DNA of 64,000 nucleotides from Mytilus californianus (GCF_021869535.1 NW_026262690.1:69378001-69442000), one strand, 5' to 3'; shown: positions 12,347 to 25,908, counted from the first letter of the stretch. Notes: generated by a model from the letters alone, not told the origin. Numbers and translations are program-made.

Positions 12347-13238
12347 ATTGCAGTGAAAAAATCCTTTATATATTCCAACCTGTTTGCCCTTTTGACAGAA
12401 CATGTGCGTTTTGATTTGAATGTTTATTAAATATGTATCAAGTATAATGATAACACAATTGTGTAATTTAGGTTTTTAGACGGTCTCTATACGCGTTGTG
12501 TATGTAGTATTTAAAACAACGTGCTATTATGCATTGTTAAAATAAACCTGGGAATAGTATACCGTGGAAGTATTATATTGATACTTCTATGGGTATACTG
12601 ACAATATATTATGTTCCAGAATAAGCTGATTATTTCTGAACGTTTGCCAGGTGATATTTTGTATTTCCATCATAGCCTGAGCAAATGCCGGAAAGCAAGA
12701 AGAAATTCAACAAAAAGATATTTCTGTCAAAATATTTAATTCATTAATATAGATAGACCAAGGAAATATTTATTAAAATTATTAAGTTTAAACTGAGACT
12801 AAATTTATCATTAATAGAATATGATAAATAATCATAGTTATATTATGTCCCACAAATTTAAAAGTGAATACATTGACGAAAATTATATGCAACAAATTAG
12901 CACAAATTATCAGGGATGCACAGAAATGAATTGGTATCTAAAAGTTAAACTGTATTGAATGAAAAACAAAATAGTTGCATGGCCTTAATTCACAAAGATT
13001 TTAAAATCCTAGCACCTCACAAACAACATAATTAGTATTTTACAATAATTATTTAAATACTACGCTAATTGTTTTAGTATGGTTTTATAAGTCTCTGCTT
13101 ATATTATGTATAGTAATATATTCATAAAATGGAAAGTTCGACTTGAAGAAGAGAATAATTTGACAGAAAAATGTCCGTCAGTAAATACTTGACGTTTGTG
13201 TTTATTGATAGTGTATTTCAAATTTTCCAAAAAGATTT

Positions 13239-13922
13239 ATTAACGGGATTGTATGTTAATTAAATTTCAATTTTGTGTTTTTTTTTTAATAGTTCAACCT
13301 TACACATGTTACATGATCTAAATGTTTGCAAAATGGTGCAATTTTGAAAATTTAATGCATTGATTTACATTATATTGCAACCTGTTCACACGACACAACA
13401 CAATCGGATTTAAAATCGGATCTGACAACAATATCGGTTTGCGTTCACACAATTGCCGAATTAAATGGCAAAGAATCCAGAGTCAAACCACTTGAGGTAG
13501 ATAGTTTGACATCCGAATTCAACTAACACTCGATATATGATATTAGAGAATAAAAATATGGTAATTCTTGGTCTTCTTCCGACCGGCAGTATTAACAGGA
13601 TTGTATGTTAATTAAATTTCTAGTTTGTTTGTTGTTTTGAATATTTCAACCTTACAGGATCTAAATGTTTGCAAAATGGTTCGATTTTGAAAATTTAATA
13701 CATTATATTGCAACCTGTTCACACGACACAACAAAATCGGATTTAAAATCAGACTTGACTACAATATCGGTTTGCGTTCACACAAATGCCGGATTAATTG
13801 GCAAAGAATCCAGAGTCAATCACTTGAGGTAGATAGTTTGACATCCGAATTCAGCTAACACTCGATATATGATATTAGAGAATAGAAATATGGTAATTCC
13901 TTGTCTTCTTCCGACCGGCAGT
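13239..13922. repeat. Tandem direct duplication, period ~352 bp (two units)
   Basis: Units begin attaac.ggattgtatgttaattaaatttc at 13239 and 13591, and both end cttcttccgaccggcagt. Confidence 0.9.
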
Positions 13923-14059
13923 AAACAAGTCTTTAAAGGATTCGTAGGTGGCCTGTTGTAAGGCACAATTTCTGTCCCTATCCAATATAACCTCATTTTC
14001 TAGTGGCAGTCTACTATTTCCCCGACCTTCATCCCGGACGGCTTCAATGACCTATTTTA

Positions 14060-14146
14060 TTTATTGTTAAGATGTTCTCGTCCTGAACATACATGAAAAT
14101 TTGCCACTGGACTTTTAGCAACCAACAGTCAATCAATCAATCAATA
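14060..14146 (+). mobile_element. 3' end of a tRNA-derived SINE with (CAAT)n tail
   Basis: ctcgtcctgaacatacatgaaaatttgccactggac...caatcaatcaatcaat. The same segment occurs in reverse at ~59230-59290 and degenerate at ~45620-45660 and ~58415-58500. Confidence 0.6.
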
Positions 14147-14349
14147 CTATTTCTTGTGCAAGAAAACAAATGCATGCATAGATATTAATTTCACTCACGG
14201 GATGTGAATTTTCGCATTTCTTGACTAAATTCAGGACACGGCAGTAAGAGCTTGACATGTGACTTTGCAGCATTGTCATCAATAAGGTATTCTGATCTTT
14301 AGTTTTTTTATTTCTTTTTCTTCTTTGTTTTTGAGTGACTGTCCCATTA

Positions 14350-14575
14350 TAAACTTTGAAATTCTTGAAATACTAAGTAATTTCTACCCTAGGAATAGAT
14401 TACCTTAGCTGTAATTGGCAAAACCTTTCGGAATTTTGGGTCCTCAATGCTCTTCAATTTCGTACTTTATTTGGCCTTTTTAACTTTTTCGATTCAAGCG
14501 TCAATCATGAGTCTTCTGTAGACGAAACGCGCGTCTGGTGTACAAAATTTTAATCCTGGTAACTATGATTAGTTT
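14350..14575 (+). mobile_element. 3' fragment of a Penelope/retrozyme-like element containing a degenerate minimal type I hammerhead ribozyme (14498-14541)
   Basis: GCGUCA-[AUCAUGA]-GUC uucugua GAC-GAAA-CGCGCG-UC-UGGUGU. Stem I, stem II, GAAA and a palindromic stem III with a GUC site are present, but the core CUGAUGA is mutated at two positions. Confidence 0.75.
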
Positions 14576-15638
14576 ATGGACTTTTTCCATATCTTTTAAC
14601 ATAAATTGGTTCAATTGAGAGCATGTCCAGGTATTCATAGAAGATCTGAAATCAAGATATTCTCCTGAAAATATTTGGATTGATTTAAGTAATTTCAAGA
14701 AATCCTTAAAATTAAAGATGTTTTATTAGACCAAAATAATTGTGAGTATATAAGAGGTCCTAATGAAGTTGGTGTGTTACCCTCAAGAACAAAATACGAA
14801 ACCTTCTTACAAGTTGTGTGATACAGAATTACACTTCACCTGGAAATTGGACCTTCAATTTCTCTATATCACCTCTGTCATGAGTATAGATAGCTTCAAT
14901 AATGAGTATAAGAATAATTGAAGGCATCCTGGAAATAAACATGAAGCTATGAAAGATAAAATAAATGCATCAACATTATAAAGCAAAATGAGTGCACAAA
15001 TTTATATAGCGATTTGCTTTAGACATGTTAGACATCCAGTTTGCAGAAACTGGGAATTACAAATGGACCGGGACTTTGTATATTTATCACAAAGAAAAAA
15101 AGTATGTACCTTCCAAGTAAAATTAATAAAATGGTCAAGTCTTAAAAAGTAAATTCAAATGGTAACTACACACTTTTTCTATTTACAACTAAAATCCAAC
15201 AGTGCTTTTAATTGACTTTTTACAAGAATCTACACACAATTACATATTTTCAAAAAAGGTGTTTTAACATCACCATTACCTTATTCTTCTCACAGTCAAA
15301 TATTTTAAATCAAAAGCAAAAAAAAAATCAGCAACAATTTTTTGGTGACCAGCCAGCTCAGCCAGCCAGCGGTCTCGGGTTCACGTATTGCTTTTCTTTT
15401 CTTTTTTAAAGAAAGCAACTTGGTTTTTCTATTGAAAATGGCTAACACTGCAAATTCTGTAGATACCTATCGATGTGGAACCTACCTTGTCAGACTATTA
15501 TAAAACATACATTTGTGTTATAGCAGTCTGAGATCTAATTGGTTTTAATCTGTGCTCGTCCTAATTGTGCATGAAGTATTTGCCATAGGATTTAAAGTAA
15601 ATAACAATCACATTCAATCAACATTTACATTCATATTT

Positions 15639-16895
15639 TCAGTGATTAGATTCTAGTTTGTGCTTTTTGAAATCAGAATGCTTCTCAAATTTCTTTTCGC
15701 ATTTCTTACACTGATAACGAGGTTCTCCAGAGTGCACGTGCATATGAAACTTCATAGTTGACAGTTGTGTAAACGATTTGTCACACAGACTACACGTGTA
15801 CGGTTTTTCTTTTGTATGAATTCTTCGATGACAAGTATAAACAGCATGATAAGTAAACCTTCTATCACAAATATCACATTTATACGGTTTTTCACCAGTA
15901 TGTAAGCGAACGTGACGTACGAGATGGTGCTTTTCGGTGAACTCTTTTGGACAATAGTCACATTTGTATTCTTTGTTTGTTGGTGGGTAGTGACATTTCA
16001 TATGGCGTATAAGCTGATGGTTTTGTCCAAAATCTCGACCACATATATCACACTGTATAATCTTTCCTTTATATAAGGCAAACTCCCCAGTGTGAACGCG
16101 ACTGTGTCGTCTCAGATGACTCTTCTGTTTGAAGGAGCGGTCACATATATCACAGTGATAAGGTCGTTTGCCTGTATGGACTCTCATGTGGTTATCAAAA
16201 TCTCTTTTGTCAGGCTCAAGCTTTCCACAGACCCCACATCTGAACTTATCCTCGTTAATATGACAGTTGTGAGTCTTTGTATGACTTTCATATCGGCTCC
16301 TCTTCCCAAAACATTTACCACAAATCACACATTTGAATGTTCTATTGTAAACTGGTTCCCTTAAATGAACAGCCATGTGTCTTTTTAAATTGCTTTTACT
16401 TGAAAGGGTTCTAAAGCATATTTCGCATTCCGAAGTGTTATCTCTTGTAGGTTTTTTAACTTTCGTACCAATATCGTGATAATTTTTCTTTTTATTTTCT
16501 GACATTTTCTGTTTTCGTTTTGTTGTTTTCTCATCATGCGACAGTCGGTGTTGCATCATTGTGCGCCTGTTCGAAAACTTTCGGAGACAAATGTCACATC
16601 CAACACGCCTTTTCCGATACGTTTTCACATATTTCCTTTTGGTCTCAAAGATATCTCTGTGATAATAATCTAGGTGTATTTGATTATCAATGTCGCTTAT
16701 GTCGGGCTCTTCCGATGCCTGAACTGTATGTACGATATATTTTCCATTAATATTCTCTTGTTTGACATGATAAAATAATCTTGCACAATTTTCATTGACA
16801 ATAATTTCGTCTTCTATCGATATTTCGTCCTCATTTATTTCATAAAACTCAGGGTCTTTTATAATGTAATTCCCATCGTCTTTAATAAAAGCCAT
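15639..16895 (-). CDS. ZNF paralogue 2: 418-aa C2H2 zinc-finger protein, 10 fingers, acidic N-terminal module
   Basis: Intact ORF with ten C-x2-C-x12-H-x3-5-H units and TGEKPY-type linkers; splice acceptor (ttttactttcacAG) 23 nt upstream of the ATG. Confidence 0.93.
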   Translation of the reverse strand: MAFIKDDGNYIIKDPEFYEINEDEISIEDEIIVNENCARLFYHVKQENINGKYIVHTVQASEEPDISDIDNQIHLDYYHRDIFETKRKYVKTYRKRRVGCDICLRKFSNRRTMMQHRLSHDEKTTKRKQKMSENKKKNYHDIGTKVKKPTRDNTSECEICFRTLSSKSNLKRHMAVHLREPVYNRTFKCVICGKCFGKRSRYESHTKTHNCHINEDKFRCGVCGKLEPDKRDFDNHMRVHTGKRPYHCDICDRSFKQKSHLRRHSRVHTGEFALYKGKIIQCDICGRDFGQNHQLIRHMKCHYPPTNKEYKCDYCPKEFTEKHHLVRHVRLHTGEKPYKCDICDRRFTYHAVYTCHRRIHTKEKPYTCSLCDKSFTQLSTMKFHMHVHSGEPRYQCKKCEKKFEKHSDFKKHKLESNH

Positions 16896-17540
16896 AATTC
16901 ATGTATTGCAAAAACGTCCTGTGAAAGTAAAATAGGACAAAATTACAATCAAGATTCAGGAAAATCAGGACAAGTTATAAAATGAAAGACATGAAATATC
17001 GCAGCTATAAAAATTAAAGCCGGATTGATCCTTCACAGACAATTAAAAGTTACAGGTATAAAGCTTACAAATGAAATTTGCCGCGTAGGTTTGTGACAGC
17101 TTCTCAACTTATTCTCCATCTAGAAGATTGGCTAATTGGCACGTAAAGAATGTGGTAGGGTTAAACAAGTCACATTAAACTCCAAATCATATTAATGAAC
17201 CAAAATTTAAAAAAAACATACAGGACAAGCAAAGGCCAGAGGTTCCTGACCGGGTACAGGCGCAAAAATGTGGCGGGGTGAAACATGTCTCAACCCTCTC
17301 CCTATACCTTTTAGCCAATGTTGGATAAACAAACTCGCAGCAAGACGCACAGTAAACTCAGTTTAAAAGAAGTCTGAGTCCGATGTTAGAATAAGTAACA
17401 GAAGAAACTAAGACAAATATATTCCAGTAAAAGGTTTATATCAATGAATATTTCATAGGAATACGCCACACCTCAGATAAAGTATAGTATACAAATAGCG
17501 ATACTACATATTATTATTCATTTTTCGTTGTGAATTTTGA

Positions 17541-19583
17541 TTTTTTATACGACCGCAAAAAAATTTTCGGTCGTATATTGGTATCACGTCGTCGTCGTCC
17601 GCGTCGTCCGAAGACGTTTGGTTTCCGGACAATAACTTTAGTATTAGTAAATAGAAATCTATGAAATTTAAACACAAGGTTTATAACCACAAAAGGAAGG
17701 TTGGGACCGATTTTGGGGGTTATGGTCCCAACAGTTTAGGAATAAGGGGCCAAAAAGGGGCCCAAATAAGCATTTTTCTAGTTTCCAGACAATAACTTGT
17801 GGAACGGTGTATGGATCTCTCTGAATTATACCACAAGTTTCCATACCACAAAGGGATGGCTGGGTTGGCTTTGGGGTGTTATGGCTCAAACCGTTTAGGA
17901 ATTAGGGGCAAAAAAGGGGGAAAAACAAGGTTGTCCTGGTTAATGGACAAATACTTTAGTACAAAACATAATTTAAAGCAGTGAAAGGGATAAATCAAAT
18001 ACAATATTTGAATTACCTCCCTTACACTGCTTTTAAAATATGTATAAAGTAATGGTTAATGAACAATTAAGACAATTTAAAACAGTGTAAGGGAGGTGAT
18101 CCAAGTATAATGTTTTGATTACTTCCCTTACACTGCTTTTAAATTATGTTTAAAGAAATGCATATTTATAAAGGAAGACCAGTAAAAATATCTGCAAATT
18201 TTGCATCTTTTTTTTTTACAAAAAAATCCATATGAAAGATTTGACACCCTTTTTTAAATTCTATTATATAATAGATTAAGTAAGCACTATGGTAAATTTA
18301 AATGGGTAATTGGAAATTTGAATTGCGATTATGACCATATCTTGAGGGAAAGAATGTTTTGGGGGAAAAGGGGGGGGGGGGGGGGGGGTAAAAAGAAATT
18401 GTGTGGGGTCAATTTTTTCTCATTTCAGATTTCAGAAATTAAAAAGAATTATTCTTCAAATATTATTTTTTTTCAAATTTCAAATATTGAAAAATTTCAA
18501 GAAGTTATCTTAATTGCACAGTATGGCGCATTATATTTGTAAAATCTTTGACCACATTTATTTATTTGTTATGCCGAATCTAACAGTGTATTTAGATTTT
18601 TAATTTTGGGTCCAGTTTTCAAATTGGTCTACATTAAGGTCCAAAGGGTCAAAAATTAAACTTAGTTTGATTTTAACAAAAATTGAATATATGGGGTTCT
18701 TTGATATGATGAATCTAAACATGTATTTAGATTTTTGATTTGGGCCCAGTTTTCAAGTTGGTCCAAATTGGGGTCCAAAATTAAACTTTGTTTGATTTCA
18801 ACAAAAATTGAATATATGGGGTTCTTTGATATGCTGAATCTAACCATGTATTTAGATTTTTTATTTGTGGGCCCCGCTATCAAATTGGTTCATATTGAGG
18901 TCAAAAGGGTCCAAAATTAAACTTTGTTTGATTTCATCAAAAATTGAATTATTGGGGTTCTTTGATATGCCAAATCTAACCGTGTATTTAGATTTTTAAT
19001 TTGGGGTCCCGTTTTTTAAATTGGTCTACATTAAGGTCCAAAGGGTCCAAAATTAAACTTAGTTTGATTTTAACAAAAATTGAATTCTTAGGGTTCTTTG
19101 ATATGCTGAATCTAAACATGTGTTTAGATTTTTTATTGTGGGCCCAGTTTTCAAGTTTGTCCAAGTTGGGGTCCAAAATTAAACTTTGTTTGATTTCAAC
19201 AAAAATTGAATAAATGGGGTTCTTTGATATGCTGAATCTAACCATGTATTTTGATTTTTGGGCCCCGTTATCGAATTGGTCCACATTGAGGCCAAAATTA
19301 AACTTTGTTTGATTTCATCAACAATTGAACTCTTTGGATTCTTTGATGTGCTGAATCTAACCATGTATTTAGATTTTGGATATTGGACCATAATAGGTAA
19401 ATTAAAAATTTTAAGTTTTAGACCACATTCATTCTGTGTCAGAAACCTATGCTGTGTCAAATATTTAATCACAATCCAAATTCAGAGCTGTATCAAGCTT
19501 AAATGTTGTGTCCATACTTGCCCCAACTGTTCAGGGTTCGACCTCTGCGGTCGTATCAAGCTGCGCCCAGCGGAGCATTTTAT
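17541..19583 (+). mobile_element. Helentron-type non-autonomous element (HINE-like family A, copy 1) with internal tandem array
   Basis: 5' hairpin tatacgaccg...cggtcgtata, (GTC)n microsatellite, a conserved block shared with 25686-28712, a tandem array at ~18590-19380, a 3' subterminal inverted copy tgcggtcgtat, then a short stem-loop and T-rich end. Confidence 0.8.
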
Positions 19584-21852
19584 TAATAATTGGTAAACAT
19601 GATCATCAATACGTCGACTCGTTCCATGCATTTCCCTCATAACAGCATATGCTATGTAAACTCGTGTTCACTTTTTGCATGGAACCGGGTCATAGAATGA
19701 TGCTTTGTGTATTTCTTGGAATTAATTCTTAATTGATTACTTAGCTCTGATACTCTTAATCTTTTAGGGAGTACTCCCCATGTACATCAACTTTACAGCC
19801 ACATCTGTTTTGTAAATTTACATTGAATGAATAGATACAGAATCTTATTGATAGTGCATTTCATTAAATGATAAAGACATACCTTAATAATACCTTACAC
19901 TTATTTCTCCTCCACCATATTGTAGCTCTTGATATCTAAACACACAGTAACATTCCACGCATTAATCAATATATTTATCTAATTAACCAACTGCATTCGA
20001 TATTCTTAAGTAACTCAATTAATTGAATATTGATTATCGACAATTAGAATCCTTGTCAGTCTGCTACTCTCGCATTGTTTGTCTTTAGTTAACAGGCGTA
20101 CGTGGTTTATAGGTGGTTTGTGTACTGATGGTGTGTATTTCCATTCAGTAATGTACAGTACATTTGGAAGCTAAATAAAAGACTGACATTCCGATATTGG
20201 AAGATTCAAGCATTGATACATTTCCCGATATTAGGGTTGTCTTCATGGTTCTAACAGAAGTTAGTATTGTTTACCGTTTTCAACTACGCTTTTAAAAAAA
20301 CTTTTATTTTTGTACAGCTGCTTCCGTTACTACATTCATAATTTAATTAATTTTGCAATCTAATTAAAATCATATCGTCTACTTTGCTCCATTAGATTGG
20401 TTTGTCGGTCGTTTTACCAATCTTATCGAAATCAGATACTTGAGTGAAATGTCTGATTTTAATCAGAATGATATAATTTGGATACTACACTTGCATATTC
20501 AATATTCTTTTCTACTTTGTGCACATTAAGATGTAAAATATAGAAATAATTATAACTGGATGAAGATTTTGGTAAACTGCCATGAATTACTAGTAGATGG
20601 CAATATCTAGAATGAAATTCAGACGTGGCTTGTATTGATATTTGGGTTTTGCATTTAATAAGGGTACGATTATTGTCTTCTTTGGTCTGTTTGTACGCAA
20701 AAATTGGTAAGGTTAACCCTTTGGACGAAGAAAATTGTAAAATGAATCAAACATGAATTTGAATATATTCAGTAGTTACAAACATTATGAGAAAATAAAC
20801 TGAAACTTTAATGCATTATTTGTGGTTAATAAAATTACCAGATGACAAAGTCATGGACCCTATCCTTTTTGCAAATGATTTCTCAACATTATACAGGTCA
20901 CAACCTAAATAACAAGATGATATATGCCAAAAAGTTTTTTTATGATTATTTGCTCTATTAATGAAAAATCTAGGTGTTAAATGCCATTTGAGTCTTTGGT
21001 CTATTTTTTGTTTTTGCCATGGCGTTGTCAGTTTAATGCCACTTTAGTCTTTGGTTTATGTTTGGTTTTTGCCATGGCGTTGTCTGTTTATCTTCGAAAA
21101 TATACTCCTTTAACCGTTCGTATTGGGTACACTTTTTTTGTGTGTAGAAATACACATAGACGGTAACGGGCAAACAACTTTACCTGGAGACTCAAATATG
21201 ATCGCTTCCTTTACTATACAAGTCATAATATAAAATTGTAAAATAGTTTTTGAATCTCATATTTTCGGACCAATTTCGCGAAGTTTTATGTTCTTTTGAA
21301 TTTCTTTAATCGATGCTATAATGTTGGTATTTTGGAATTAAAAATTCGCTAATGAACGTCGTAAAGATGAACTTCATAGGGTCCACGAAAAAATACTAAA
21401 AAAGGTCGGTACAATGGTACTCTTCCGATATCTATTTTGAAAGACTGAAATAACAAGACTAAAGATTTAGTCTTCGTTGATAATATAGTGTCAATGAGAC
21501 AGCCATCCAACATCACAAAAACACATCTAGAGGTCAATATTCAGACTTGAACAGATATGTATCCTAAATTTTCAGGACCAGTTGAGGTTTACATCTTGTT
21601 AATCTATTCCGTTATCTAAACACTATTGTATAATACATATTAATTCTTGACAACTGATGATATACTTTATGACAAAGCCAAGAAAAGTGAAAGGAAACTA
21701 TCACAGATTTAATATTTAACAGAAATTACACATTGCCATGGTACTAGTAGACAGCGAACCCTTAGCAACAACAAAAAAATAAATAATTACAACAAATTCC
21801 TTACAAATAGTCTACTGTTAATGCTATTTTTTGCTTTGAAATACATAAATCT

Positions 21853-23109
21853 TCAATGATTGAATTCTAGTTTGTGCTTTTTCAGACGAGTGTGCTGACC
21901 AAATTTTTCTCCACATACTTTACACTTATAACGAGGTTCTCCAGAGTGCACATGCATGTGAAAGTTCAATGTTGTCATTTGTGTAAATGATTTTTCACAC
22001 ACACCACATGTATAAGGTTTTTCTTTTGTGTGAATCCTTCGATGATTAGCGTAAACAGCGTGAAAAGTAAATCTTTGATCGCAAAAATCACATTTGTACG
22101 GTTTTTCACCAGTATGTAATCGAACATGTCGTACGAGATGATGCTTTTCGCTGAACTCTTTTGGACAGTGTTCGCATTTGTATTCTCTCTTAGCTGGTGG
22201 GTTGTGACATTTCATATGGCGAGTTAACTGATGGCTTTGTCCAAAATATCGGCCACATATTTCACACTGGATAGGCTTTCCTTTGTTTAAAAATTCTCCA
22301 GTGTGAACGCTATCGTGTCGTCTGAGAGCGCTCTTTTGTTTGAATGAGAGGTGACACAGATCACACTGAAAAGGTCGTTCGCCTGTATGAACTCTCATAT
22401 GATTGTCAAAATTTCTCTTATTCGACTCCTGTTTTCCACACACTTTACATCTGAACTTGTTATCCTCTTTTATGTCACAGTTGTGAGTTTTTGCATGACT
22501 TTTAAAATTGCTTCTCTCCCCAAATGTTTTGCCACAGATCTCACACTTGAACGTTCTATTTGAAACTGGTTCAACTAAATGGACAGCCATGTGTCTTTTT
22601 AAGTTGCTTCTACTTGAAAAGGTTATGAGGCAAATTTCACATTCCCAAGTCTTATCTTTTGTTGGTTGTTTTATTTGAGTACCAAGCTCGTGATATTTTT
22701 TCTTTTTATGTTCTGACATTTTCTTTTTTCGTTTTACTTTTTCCGCAACATGTGACAGCTGGTTTTGAATCATAGTGTGTTTGTACGAAAACTTCCGGAA
22801 ACTAATGTCACATCCAAGACGCCTTCTCCGATACTTTTTCACATCTTTCCTATTGGTCGCAAAAAAATCTCTTCGATCATAATCAGGTGGTGTTTGATTA
22901 TCAATGTCGTATATGTCGGGCTCTTCCGATGCCTGAACTGTATAAACGATGTGTTTTCCATTAATATTCGCTTGTTTGACATGATAAAATAACCTTGCAC
23001 AATTTTCGTTTACGGTAATTTCGTCCTCTACCGGTATTTCGTCCTCAGTTATTTCATAATACTCAGGATCTTTTATAATGTAACTTTCGCAGTCTTTAAT
23101 TAAAGCCAT
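21853..23109 (-). CDS. ZNF paralogue 3: 418-aa C2H2 zinc-finger protein (finger 1 degenerate, 9 intact)
   Basis: Intact ORF collinear with paralogue 2; finger 1 reads CDISF...QNQLSH (second Cys and first His lost); acceptor 22 nt upstream of the ATG. Confidence 0.93.
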   Translation of the reverse strand: MALIKDCESYIIKDPEYYEITEDEIPVEDEITVNENCARLFYHVKQANINGKHIVYTVQASEEPDIYDIDNQTPPDYDRRDFFATNRKDVKKYRRRRLGCDISFRKFSYKHTMIQNQLSHVAEKVKRKKKMSEHKKKKYHELGTQIKQPTKDKTWECEICLITFSSRSNLKRHMAVHLVEPVSNRTFKCEICGKTFGERSNFKSHAKTHNCDIKEDNKFRCKVCGKQESNKRNFDNHMRVHTGERPFQCDLCHLSFKQKSALRRHDSVHTGEFLNKGKPIQCEICGRYFGQSHQLTRHMKCHNPPAKREYKCEHCPKEFSEKHHLVRHVRLHTGEKPYKCDFCDQRFTFHAVYANHRRIHTKEKPYTCGVCEKSFTQMTTLNFHMHVHSGEPRYKCKVCGEKFGQHTRLKKHKLEFNH

Positions 23110-24102
23110 GTTTCATTGATTGAAAGACATCCTGTGAAATAATAATTGCACAAAATTACGGTCATAGTTCAGGAAAAGCCATGCATGACAAGTCAGAAAA
23201 TGAAAACAAAAACATGAAATACCACAGGTTTTAAAAAATAGAGCGGCATTATTGCTTCATAGACAATTAAAAGGTACAGTAATCTTACAAATGAGGTTTG
23301 CTGCCTAGGTTCATGACAGATACTAGTAGTCTTACCTTGAAGGAATTGGTTTCAAGTAAATAGCTCACCTCAACTTATTTCTCATCAATGAGATTGTATA
23401 ATTTCATTTAAACTTATAAACTGTGACCTGTGTCGTAAAAGAAAAATGATACTGAATTTTTACTTCAGATTTTTTTTTACCGGAATGGCTAGGCTATTTG
23501 CATGTTAAGTTCTTCATAATTGTGTCCTTTTATCTATAGCTTAAAAAAAAAAATAATTTTATATGCAACATGATTTAAGTTTTTTTATCAAACATATATG
23601 GTAAGAACACTGTCTTACCAGTATAGGTCTGTTTACCTTATAATGAATAGTGTTAACTTACCAATATGTGTGTGTGTTTACCTTATAAATAAAGTCAATT
23701 AAACTTATCAGGGGTCAAATACGTGACAAATTTAAATTTGACCAGAGATCAATACAATACAACATACAATATTTACTTCTTATATAAACCAGATTATGTA
23801 AAAATAATTTTTCATTTTAAATTCTCTTGCGACTTGTCCAGGCTTTAAACGAAAGTTGTATATCTTTAATATGTGAACATTTTTGAGACATCAACCCAAC
23901 GACACACTAAAAACTAGAAGCGTAGGATACTGGGTCCATGCTATCTTTTCCCTTGTTTTCCTTTGCTCCTTAGTGAATTATTGTTTTATTGGCATTCATA
24001 CCACATATTTATATTTTTATATTCACTCAGGAGGTTCCCATAAAGTTATCCTTCAACTTCACTTTCTTTTGTGTAGATCATATTCCTCTCCACATAATTT
24101 AA

Positions 24103-24806
24103 AGGGGCACTAGCTGTCAAATTCATGTTCACCGATTTGACTCAAATTCTCATATTCGACTTGTAACATACTAAAACGTATATCCATTATCCAAATATAA
24201 AAAAAAGTCTAAAATAAACAATGTACGATGTATAAACTCGAAATTATGTATCAGCATTTCGTGTGTATTTTAGTCTGGACGCCATCTAATTAACCATCGA
24301 GGTGACCTTCCGAAGACTGCCGACGGTCATATAACCCGATATAAACATAAACATAGATATAAATAGATAGCGAACTCATGCAATTGGATTTTTCTAGGTC
24401 TGTTTGATTTCATATTATAGGTTAAAACAATATGTTAATAATCTTTTTTACCTGTATAAGAATGAGTTTTTGTAGATCGCATCAGTCAACCAAATGGTTT
24501 ACCCTTGTTTCACTTTCAATGTTGACATTATTTTCCTTTTACTAGCTGAACACGCCTAATTCATGCGTAACCCATCTCTAGCTAAGAGGTTCAATTGAAG
24601 TTCACATGAATACGGATTTAAGGAGGTCGAATTATTCACTTGCAAGTGAATAATTCATTAGCGATGTTTCTTTGCTTATTTTGACAAAACTGAACCAGAC
24701 TGGCTGCTAAAAGCGAATTTTTATTTCACTATTTAACTTTCATTGATGATTGAACAAAAAAAATATCATTTTTTATTTTTTTCTATATCTCGTAGTTAGT
24801 GCCCCT
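24103..24806. mobile_element. 704-bp non-autonomous Kolobok-type element
   Basis: TTAA|AGGGGCACTAGCT...AGTTAGTGCCCCT|TTAA (TTAA at 24099-24102 and 24807-24810); 12/13 TIR match. Confidence 0.85.
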
Positions 24807-25908
24807 TTAAGCTACTGTGTTGATCGCATCTATATGCATTAAATGCATTGTATTTGACTTGATATATTGGATACAAGATATATATACAGTTAGGTGTGCT
24901 TTATATTTTGACTTACACCTAGAAATTGAGAGTGTAGGTCGGCGGATAACAAGACTTTACGAAAAAAGAGATTATTTCAATCTTACCATTATGAACTTAT
25001 ATGGGGCCCTTTATAGCTTGCTGTTCGGTGTGAGCCAATGCTCCGTGTTGAAGGCCGTACCTTGACCTATAATATTTACTTTTATAAATTGTAACTTGGA
25101 TGGATAGTTGTCTCATTGGCACTCATACCACATCTTCCTATATCTATTCACATTTCTATGTAGCAGCAAATTCTAGGGAGTGTGAAAAAAATCAGGTTTC
25201 CTTATACATGTACACTTATTAAAATCGGATCCGCTTAATATTTATACGGACAAGCTTACGTGATTTCATTATGTGAATTCGAGGTGTCATACAATGGAAA
25301 ATTATCCTGATTTCACCGTATACATTGTCTCATTGTTATTTTTTACTAAATGTTTTGTTAGAAAATGTATGGTTATGTATTTGAAATATATGAGTACTTG
25401 GTCACCAGTTTCATGGTGACACGTCTAACTATTTTGATTTAAAAAATCAAAAGTTGTATCCATTTTCTGTACATTTCTGTGATCTATATGATACTAATAC
25501 CGAACAAAAAAGAATTTCCACTGCGTCAATACACATATATCAGAGACAGGTAAATCCAGGTCCGTAAACTCTGATGTTTGTCATAAAACAAAATGAAATA
25601 TGACAATATAAGAATTATACGAAAGTATTAGTTCGACGGATTTGGCCATTGAAATAGATCGTTACTTTGTGTCTTTTGTCGTTCTTATACGACCGCAAAA
25701 AATTTTGCGGTCGTATATTGGTGTCACGTCGTCGTCGTCGTCGTCCGAAGACACATTGGTTTCCGGACAATAACTTTTGTTTAAGTGTATGGATTTCTAT
25801 GAAATTTTACCATAAGGTTTATGACCACAAACAGAAGATTGGGATTGATTTTGGGGGTTATGGTCCTAACAGTTCAGGAATAAGGGGCCAAAATGGGGCC
25901 CAAATAAG

